Positions 54,508 through 64,000 of a stretch of 64,000 bases of DNA are shown here, piece after piece. A model generated the notes under the pieces. That model was not told where the DNA came from and did not search any database. It worked only from the letters and a program-made list of their open reading frames with translations. A program made the translations under genes and the position numbers. Numbering within the stretch: the stretch's first letter is position 1; the number at the start of each line of letters is the position of its first letter. This DNA comes from Eledone cirrhosa (taxonomy: Eukaryota): NCBI GenBank assembly GCA_964016885.1, contig OZ024744.1, forward strand, positions 98,022,001 through 98,086,000, given 5' to 3'.

Positions 54508-56290
54508 ATAAGAAAGAGGACAAATTCAACATTGAAGCAGACACACTTTCACGTGTAGAATCCATCTCCCATTCGGGAGATTTATTGATGAATCAAGAAG
54601 ATAATGTGAATTGTTCTATCTCAACAGTCTGTGACTTCTCATCAACTTTGAACAACTAACCAAGGATCAAATAGAGGAAAGGGATTTTATGTGAAGAACA
54701 TTACAATCCAAACAAAGAAAACAATGATAATATTTCTTTAATGTGTTACTTATTTACTGGCTTTCTAACACCAATAATCACTAATGTGTGAAAGCACAAG
54801 ATTTTTTACTGTTTTCACAACCCTTTTCACATAAGCGTTCGTCCTACCCAACATACAATCTGCAAACGTTTTGTGTGGTCGGGAATGTGGAAAATCATTA
54901 GATTTTGGTGTAAAGCATGCCACGCTTGTCAATCTCCAAAAGTGCACATACATACCAGAGACTCATTAAGAGAACGTCAGGCACGATTTCAAAGACTACC
55001 TATGGATTCTGTTGGTCCTTTACCATCCAGTAATGGAATGTCATACATCTTTACAATCACTAGCAGAAAAACCACCCTTTGGGGGGGTTTTCTGATAGCA
55101 TGTGTAGTCTGCATATTCATATTATACGCAAGTATATATGCATGTAGATATGATACATCAAATAAAATCGTAATTGACAATATACACAGAAATTGAGCGA
55201 AGACTGCGTTACACTGTCTTATGTAATCAGTAACGTAATCCATGATACATTAAAAACAGACGATATATATAAACTGCATTAGGAGAAAATTAGTGACGGA
55301 AATATATGAATGTTTATTTAAGCGATCGCTAACCGGAAGTGTTGACATTTGAAAATTTTAAAGAAGTGAATCTTTAAATAAACAATAAATCCTTTCATTA
55401 CTTAAAAGTAGAAACAATTATTTATTCAAAGTAATCCAACTTATTTTACAAACGGAATCTAAAAAAAATAATATTCTAAACGCAGTCCCGCACTCCTTAC
55501 TTTATTATAGTTTAGATTGATAGATATACAAGATGGCCAGAAACTATTCCTCTTTCAAAATGTTCGCACTGAAACATGTGCCTCGGCACTTCTTCATTAT
55601 TGGATATCTCACTTTGGTATTCCAGAATATATAACAATAGATAGAGGTCCACAATTTACATCAATACTTGGCATCTCTAGACATGCTACTACAAGCTACC
55701 ATCCGCAGGAAAATGGAATGATAGAACACTTGCACCACCAACTGAAAGCTACCATCAAAGCCAGGACTATAAGTGCCAATTGGTATGTTGAGTCCCGATT
55801 GGTAACCTGCCATCCGGCAGATATTGACCTGATTACTCGCCCGCTGTAGAAATGATACATTCATCATCATCTCACTCTATTGAACCAGATTCTTCATTTT
55901 TGAATCAGTTGAAAAAGACAATGCGCTTTCTACAACCAAACTCAACCTCAGTTTCATGACAACACATCATCTTATGTTTAAAAAAAAAACCTTGCATCCT
56001 CAGATTTTGTGTATGTAAGGCATGACTCACACAGGCACCCACTTCAGAGACCATATGATGACCCATTCAGAATTCTTAAAAAGAATGATGACTACGTTTT
56101 GCAAGACATGAACGGAAAACAAGAAAAAGTCTCCATTGACAGGCCTAAACCAGCCTAAACAGAATCTACAACCACAGCAAATCCGCCCTTGAACGCTCCG
56201 CTTCAAATAGAGACTCTAACAGCTGTGGCTTCTCCTTCAAAATCACCTCACCAGAAATCATCAACATCGCCTCCACAGAAACTATCGTCC
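54508..56290 (+). mobile_element. Ty3/Gypsy pol fragment (RNase H end plus integrase), degraded
   Basis: EADTLSRV, FVWSGM..CHACQ, DSVGPLPSSNG, TIIDRYTRWPE, ITIDRGPQFTS, YHPQENGMIE, PLQRPYDDPF. Confidence 0.9.
55060..55516 (-). mobile_element. Helitron family A inserted in the Gypsy integrase
   Basis: Removing it restores ACA ATC A|TT GAT AGA (TIIDR): AT target, no TSD. Confidence 0.92.
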
Positions 56291-56321
56291 TATCGACAAG
56301 ACACACAACTCCTCAGCATTG

Positions 56322-56508
56322 GTGGATTGGCAGTATCGGTAGAGGGTCGGACGCCATGCTTTGACGTATAGAGTTACGGCCCTTGCCATTCTGAGTTCAA
56401 ATCCCGCCGAAGTTAACTTTGTCTTTCATTCTTACTGAGACGATAAAATAAAGTACCAGTAATGTACTGAGTAATTGCTGGCCTTGTGCCAAAAAGTAGA
56501 AACAATTA
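56322..56508 (+). mobile_element. tRNA-derived SINE
   Basis: A/B boxes, core and tail. Confidence 0.92.
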
Positions 56509-56564
56509 TCTCGTACAACGCGTTCTGAACGACTCATCAAACTTACTTTGGGCTATTCAAGGAA

Positions 56565-57323
56565 TCTAAAATATAATAAAGGAAGGTCTGCGGGACTGCG
56601 TACGGTTTATTTTTTTTTTTATCCCATTAGTAAAATAAGTTGGATTACTTTGAATAAATAATTGTTTCTACTTTTGGCACAAGGCCAGCAATTATCCCAG
56701 TGCATTACTGGTACTTTATTTTATCGACCCCGTAAGGATGAAAGGCAAAGTTAACCTCGGCGGGATTTGAACTCAGATCATAAAGGGAGGTAACTCTATG
56801 CTTCAAAGCATGGCGTCCGACCCTCTACGGAGACTGCCAATCCACCGCCCTTACTTTGAATAAATAATGAATGAATATTACATAATTTATCTACTGAATT
56901 TCGTAAACAAAAATAATTTCGTAAAAATAAATAATTTAAAATTGACTTCTTTTCAAAGTTGCACTTCCGGTATATCGTTGCCACCACCACCACCACTTCA
57001 ACTACCATATATATAGAAAGTGAGAGTGTGTGATGTCAACACTTCCGGTGGCGATCACTTAAATAAACATACTAATTTTCTGTCACTTGTTTTCTCCTAA
57101 TGCAGTTTATATATAATATCGTCTTTTTTTAATGTATCCTGGATTACGTTACTGATTACATAAGACAGTGTAACGCAGTCTTCGTTCAATTTCTGTTTAT
57201 ATTGTCAATTACGATTTTCTTTGATGTATCATATCTACATGTATATATACTTGCGTGTAATATCAATATACACACATTACACATGCTGGCAGAAAATCGC
57301 CTGAAGGGTGATTTTTCTGCTAG
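56565..57323 (+). mobile_element. Helitron family A carrying a full-length SINE (56657-56850, -) with TSD
   Basis: TC...hairpin-CTAG|T; SINE flanked by a TTACTTTGAATAAATA direct repeat. Confidence 0.88.
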
Positions 57324-57404
57324 TTGAGGTAATGTAGCAACCTCATTTCGTTTCGTTAAAACATTTCAGTTCAAACTTTTTAATTCCAAGTTTGATAACT
57401 TTTA

Positions 57405-57690
57405 GCCTAACCTCATCCCACCCTCATATCTGAGGGTCGGGAGTCATGGACTTATGGACCAGCATTCTCCATCTTTTCCTATCTCTTGTCATTGTCGTAC
57501 ATTCCACCAAACTCTTTCCTGTCCATTCCTTAATATCATCTGTCCATCTCCTTCTCTGTCGACCCCTGTCTCTTTTCCTTTGTTTTCGTCGGATATCTCT
57601 TACTACTTACCCTTTTTTGTTGTTGTTATTGTTGTTCCTACACATGTAAAATGGCCGTAGACACCAGTCATGAAGAAATACTCTGACTAA
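57405..57690 (-). mobile_element. RTE LINE 3' end
   Basis: GKRDRGRQRRRWTDDIKEWTG..RDRKRWR, the typical RTE C-terminus. Confidence 0.8.
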
Positions 57691-57785
57691 CCAACAAACT
57701 ACAACAGTTGTTTTATTATATTTTATTTATCCTTATTTTTATTATTATTATTATTATTTTTTATATGTGAACAACGATATTCCAA

Positions 57786-57857
<72 letters not shown>

Positions 57858-57874
57858 ATCTTACATAATAAATA

Positions 57875-57980
57875 CAGGGTGTCCCCAAAACATGTATACA
57901 TATTTTGATTAGCTCACATGTACAGACAATATTTATTAGAATGTTGTTGAAGTATGTATATATTTTGGGGGGACACCCTG
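57875..57980. mobile_element. Tc1/mariner MITE
   Basis: TA|CAGGGTGTCCCC...GGGGACACCCTG|TA. Confidence 0.85.
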
Positions 57981-58297
57981 TATATTCACTTAGAAAGTTG
58001 TCTTCACTTATTTTACTAATAGACAAGATCCACTCTCACTGAATTATCTTCAGTTGTTCCAAAAGACTTGGATCAGTCAGGGCTAAAGGAGTTCTCTCAC
58101 TCACTCTCTCTCTCTGGTCTAATCTAGCCAACAACTTTCTAAGTAAATGTGCTTCACTGAAGAGGCTATATAAGATTGAAACTTTTTTTTTTTCCCCAAG
58201 AGATGTCAACATGAATGGACCGGTTATTTTTTCTCTAAAAGCATTTTTTCCAATTCCAACCTGCCCGTCCCTTCAATCTTACTAATTTCTCATTCTT

Positions 58298-58334
58298 TCT
58301 TCTGATGAAGGACTAGCGTCCGAAACGTTAAGAC
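58298..58334 (+). ncRNA. Minimal type I hammerhead ribozyme
   Basis: TCTT-CTGATGA-AGGAC-TAGC-GTCC-GAAAC-GTT|AAGA; loop-less palindromic stem III. Confidence 0.8.
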
Positions 58335-58651
58335 CCACTTCCTGCTATTTCAAGCGTTAACCTAATATATTCCTTCCATATACTGTATCGACTGTGTTGT
58401 TATTTCTGTTTACCTTTTACATACATATATATATATATATAGGTAGGGGGATGATCATCCCTAAGATAATTTGCTATGGTTTACAATAGTAACCAGCTCT
58501 ATATCCTACCTTTACGCATGCGCAGACCTGTTGGCATGAATTGAAGCTCACAGGGGAACGAGTACTCGATTCATGAACATCGCTGTTTGTCCGTTCCCTT
58601 GTCACTTCAATTTGGGATCACCCCCTTTATTGTAACTTTATTATGTAAGAC

Positions 58652-58730
58652 ACTGTCTGAAGAGAGCATTCCAGTGGCTTCTACGCTGAATTGCGTAGCT
58701 GATGTCATCCTCGAAATATGTGTTATGGCC
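58652..58730 (+). ncRNA. Type I hammerhead-like motif with branched stem II
   Basis: CTGT-CTGAAGA-GAG..CTC-GAAA-TATGTGTT|ATGG in a (TA)n-flanked unit at 58441-58776. Confidence 0.6.
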
Positions 58731-58771
58731 ATATCTATAAAGGACTTTATCATCTAAACTTTGCATTTCCT

Positions 58772-58842
<71 letters not shown>

Positions 58843-58894
58843 CACATATATTCTTCTGTTTTGGCTTTGTCAATGCTTGTATACTATGTATTTA

Positions 58895-58953
58895 CTCTTT
58901 ATGCTCTGAAGAGTCCCACTTCTAGTGTGGACGAAACACTGTTAGCAATTAAA
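58895..58953 (+). ncRNA. Type I hammerhead ribozyme (CTGAAGA core)
   Basis: TGCT-CTGAAGA-GTCCCAC-TTCTA-GTGTGGAC-GAAAC-ACT-GTT|AGCA in a ~150-bp (TA)n-flanked unit. Confidence 0.8.
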
Positions 58954-58987
58954 GATATACCTATGTTCTAAGCGCTCTTTGTTGTTA

Positions 58988-59018
<31 letters not shown>

Positions 59019-59026
<8 letters not shown>

Positions 59027-59478
59027 CGAGAATCGGAACTTCGGCCCACGAAATAACGAAAAACAAACTTCGAAATGTGCGGCAAAGTGCTCAATGGTGC
59101 GGATGAACCAGAGCTATAACTAACGTTTAATACCAACACACTGAGACGATGCTTAAACAATCATTGGCACAGCCAAAAATCGATCAAGTAATTCGGGTCA
59201 AACAAATAAAAATATATATGATTGAAAAAAAATATATGATTGAAAAATATATATACAACAATTTCAATCATATCTTATTTTGTTTGACCCGTTTAGCTTG
59301 TTCGCTTATTTGGCTCTGGTGGTTAATGGCTTCTTAACCATCGTTTCAGTTTGTATGACCTTTTTAACTTATGTTTATAGCTCTGGTATCTTCTTATCCA
59401 TAGAGCGCTTGTCTGCACAATACGGAAGTTGCGTTTCGCTAATTTCTACCCGCCGAAATACGATTCTCGCTAAATTTA
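59019..59478. mobile_element. (TA)n-embedded element with long imperfect TIRs
   Basis: AAATTATCGAGAATCG..CCAGAGCTATAA..CGGGTCAAACAAATAA mirrored by TTATTTTGTTTGACCCG..TTATAGCTCTGG..CGATTCTCGCTAAATTT. Confidence 0.7.
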
Positions 59479-59594
59479 TATTTATATATATATATATATA
59501 TATATTATAATAATAATAAATTTGAAGACTAAAATCCAAAGAGGGCTCGATAAGGATAAATATATATCAAATATATATAAGAACCCTAGAGCAA

Positions 59595-59735
59595 ATATTT
59601 ATTAAAATAACAGATTAAAGTTAAAGCAAAGAATCGCTGCTTTCACCCTTAACGGGATGTTTCAGAAGATCCCGTTAAGGGTGAAAGCAGAGATTCTTTG
59701 CTTAAACTTTAATCTGTTGTTTTAATAAATATATA
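59595..59735. repeat. Palindrome (~65-bp arms)
   Basis: ..GCTTTCACCCTTAACGGGAT / ATCCCGTTAAGGGTGAAAGC..; part of the arm is also found at ~28732-28772. Confidence 0.85.
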
Positions 59736-59795
59736 TAGGGCGGTGCCCCAGCATGGCCTCAGCCGGATGGCTGAAACAGGTAAAAGAGTAAAAGA

Positions 59796-59861
<66 letters not shown>

Positions 59862-59866
<5 letters not shown>

Positions 59867-60712
59867 CAAATAACGAAACGAAATTAAATTTCGTTTCGTT
59901 TGTAACTCACTTTTGTATGACTGACGCTTAAACAATTAAGTTAAAAATGTACATCCACATAGGTATACTGAAATACTAGTATGCATATGAATACACACAC
60001 GTATACATATGTAGATGTAGCGAGTTTTTTCACTGGTCACTTTACTGTGAGTGTCCAGCTATTCTGTATGTAAACACACAGACAAACCGGTTTTTAGAGT
60101 CATACTGGTTTTTGAGGAAACACCTTTCCTCTATTCTCCAGAAAGCCAGACAAGGAATATTGAACTAGTTTCGTTGTTGTTACAACTCATCAGCAATATT
60201 TACCTATCTTCCGGCTTTTCTAGAGAATCGTAAAAGCACATATCGTTATATGCTTTTTCTATGAAAATTAGTAGTGGGCAGACTAATTTGCATAGAGCGT
60301 GAGTACGTACCGGTTCAACGGAGACGATAAAAACAAATAACGAAACGAAATTAAATTTCGTTTCGTTTGTAACTCACTTTTGTATGACTGACGCTTAAAC
60401 AATTAAGTTAAAAATGTACATCCACATATGTATACTGAAATACTAGTATGCATATGAATACACACACGTATACATATGTAGATGTACCGAGTTTTTTCAC
60501 TGGTCACTTTACTGTGAGTGTCCAGCTATTCTGTATGTAAACACACAGACAAACCGGTTTTTAGAGTCATACTGGTTTTTGAGGAAACACCTTTCCTCTA
60601 TTCTCCAGAAAGCCAGATACATCGGTACATCTACATATGTATACGTGTGTGTATTCATATGCATACTAGTATTTCAGTATACATATGTGGATGTACATTT
60701 TTAACTTAATTG
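59862..60712 (-). mobile_element. Retrozyme/pLTR-like element: ~467-bp tandem units plus inverted end, in (TA)n
   Basis: 59862-60150 repeats at 60329-60617; 60625-60712 is an inverted copy of ~60400-60489; hammerhead at 60156-60200. Confidence 0.85.
60156..60200 (-). ncRNA. Type I hammerhead ribozyme, fully paired
   Basis: AATATTG-CTGATGA-GTTG-TAACAA-CAAC-GAAAC-TA-GTT|CAATATT: 7-bp stem I, 4-bp stem II, palindromic ACTAGT stem III. Confidence 0.92.
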
Positions 60713-60840
60713 TATATATATATATATATATATATATAACAAGGAAATACAAATATATATATATATGTGTGTGTATGTATGTATGTATGTATGTATGTAT
60801 GTATGTATGTATGTATGTATGTATGTATGTATGTATATAT

Positions 60841-61988
60841 GTCAGGTCACCAGTTGGTGCTACTGGTAACATGTATCCCAGTACAACCTGTCTCATGGTC
60901 GGGTCGTTGGCGACTAAACTGGCAACCCCACCAAGGTTTCTTGGTGAGGAGGGTGACTTTGGACATCCTGCAGGACTAAAAACAAAACCTGTCAAAGGGC
61001 AAAGGAGCTCTTAAGAGTCAATGGCCATCCAAAATCACCGGGAGAGATGACCCCTTAGCCTTTGTCAAGGCAGAATTCTAGGAGAAGGAAAACTCTGATA
61101 TAACACCTGCAACCCTGATGGTATCCAATGATGTTGACTTGTTCTTCTTTTTAGTAAATATCATCTTGGTTAAGAGAGTGGGACTGGCTTTGTGCAGTGC
61201 CTTTGCTCACTATAAAAGCTTCACGGCACAGGCATTGCTTTATATCTGGAGATCTCTCTGCACTTGTCGTCACATGGTACCATGGGCCCAGCACTATGTG
61301 TCAATAATTGTCACAAGTGTAGTCTTTGTACCAGAGGTTTCAAGTCGCTGGCTGGACTAAAAAGTCACACTCGTTCAGCGCTTCGGTAGGGGTTCTCCTA
61401 CATGGATATAAAGTAGTGGCCGTACTCGAAAACGAGTTGGCAGCCACCATGTATGTATGTATATATGTATGTAAGGTTTCTTGGTGAGGAGGGTGACTTT
61501 GGACATCCTGCAGGACTAAAAACAAAACCTGTCAAAGGGCAAAGGAGCTCTTAAGAGTCAATGGCCATCCAAAATCACCGGGAGAGATGACCCCTTAGCC
61601 TTTGTCAAGGCAGAATTCTAGGAGAAGGAAGACTCTGATATAACACCTGCAACTCTGATAGTATCCAATGATGTTGACTTGTTCTTCTTTTTGGTAAATA
61701 TCATCTTGGTTAAGAGAGTGGGACTGGCTTTGTGCAGTGCCTTTGCTCACTATAAAAGCTTCGCGGCACAGGCATTGCTTTATATCTGGAAATCTCTCTG
61801 CACTTGTCGTCACATGGTACCATGGGACCAGCACTATGTGTCAATAGTTGTCACAAGTGTAGTGTTTGTACCAGAGTTTTCAAGTCGCTGGCTGGACTAA
61901 AAAGTCACACTTGTTCAGCGCATCGGTAGGGGTTCTCCTACATGGATATAAAGTAGTGGCCGTACTCGAAAACGAGTTGGCAGCCACA
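60841..61988 (+). mobile_element. Two tandem copies of a ~610-bp non-coding RTE-like retroposon
   Basis: 60932-61449 is nearly identical to 61472-61988; inserted in (TATG)n; no credible ORF. RTE affinity is inferred from the 5'-UTR style and tail. Confidence 0.7.
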
Positions 61989-62022
61989 ATATATATATAT
62001 ATATATATATGTATGTAATGTA

Positions 62023-62074
<52 letters not shown>

Positions 62075-62237
62075 ATGAAATGACAGGAGGCTGGATTTGT
62101 GTAAATCCTTGAAAGTTTTATTATACTATGATCATTTCAATGACCGGGTTCCGTATGAATCCGGTGATATCATTATTATTGCATTACGATTGACCATACG
62201 GAATAGACCAGCTCTATACAGTGGTGAACCTCAAACC

Positions 62238-62316
<79 letters not shown>

Positions 62317-62324
62317 TCTTATTC

Positions 62325-63190
<866 letters not shown>

Positions 63191-63198
63191 TGTTAGTG

Positions 63199-63288
<90 letters not shown>

Positions 63289-63351
63289 TGTTTAATTGTT
63301 TTTTTTTTCTGGTCCTTTCTCTTCTCACTCTTTATCTTTCTATTTGATATT

Positions 63352-64000
63352 TAATAATAATGAAATTATTGTTTACAGTGCTCAGGTGCACTACAACTCA
63401 TCAAAGGTGCATGTATAGTACATAGAATAATTGTTTCTACTTTTGGCACAAGGCCAGCAATTATCCCAGTGTATTACTGGTACTTTATTTTATCGACCCC
63501 ATAAGGATGAAAGGCAAAGTTAACCTCGGTGGGATTTGAACTCAGAATGGCAAGGGCCGTAACTCTATGCTTGGCGTCCGACCCTCTGCCGATACTGCCA
63601 ATCCATGTCCAAATGTCAGGAAAGTGAACAGTGTACGAGTCATGATATACATGTGCGTATGGAGGGGGGACATCAGGTTAGCGAATCTCAGGAAACATGG
63701 AGGTTTTAAAGGATGCAGTGTCTCGGCAGCTAACAACTGATGCAGGTAGTTTGTTCCATGGGGGTTTTAAAGGATGCAGTGTCTCGACAGCTAACAACTG
63801 ATGCAAGTAGTTTGTTCCATGGAGGTTTTAAAGGATGCAGTGTCTCGACAGCTAACAACTGATGCAGATAGTTTGTTCCATGGAAGTTTTAAAGGATGCA
63901 GTGTCTCGGCAGCTAACAACTGATGCAGGTAGTTTGTTCCATGGGGGTTTTAAAGGATGCAGTGTCTCGGCAGCTAACAACTGATGCAGGTAGTTTGTTC
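63352..64000 (-). mobile_element. CR1-like LINE 3' end with SINE insert (63425-63604) and tandemly amplified last 60 coding bp
   Basis: Unit translates WNKLPASVVSCRDTASFKTS (CR1 'WNxLP..VV..FK' C-terminus); (ATT)n tail at 63352. Confidence 0.8.

Overview
Eukaryotic, AT- and microsatellite-rich genomic DNA made almost entirely of transposable-element debris. It is most consistent with an octopod cephalopod, inferred from the SINE families and the very high (TA)n/(CA)n/(GA)n load. There is one 200-N gap (39902-40101). Retroelements: more than 30 copies or fragments of a tRNA-derived SINE, several Tx1/L1-clade LINE remnants, RTE, R4/Dong, CR1 and CRE LINE fragments, two Naiad-type and one Neptune-type Penelope-like elements (PLEs), and a rearranged Gypsy. 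DNA elements: a deleted mariner, mariner/piggyBac MITEs and non-autonomous Helitrons. Also present are an orphan 28S rRNA fragment and several minisatellites. Highlights: (1) about 15 type I hammerhead ribozyme motifs in short non-coding units sitting in (TA)n tracts as palindromes or tandem repeats (PLE-terminal/retrozyme-like). (2) A candidate spliced minus-strand gene whose last exon is a 75x27-bp repeat encoding (PGERYMGQM)n, joined in frame to a hydrophobic signal-like micro-exon 9.7 kb upstream. (3) An intronless SLC2A13/HMIT pseudogene fragment at the inversion junction of a Gypsy element. (4) Minisatellites born inside a piggyBac MITE and a CR1 LINE. All calls were made by eye with no database search; coordinates of degraded elements are approximate.
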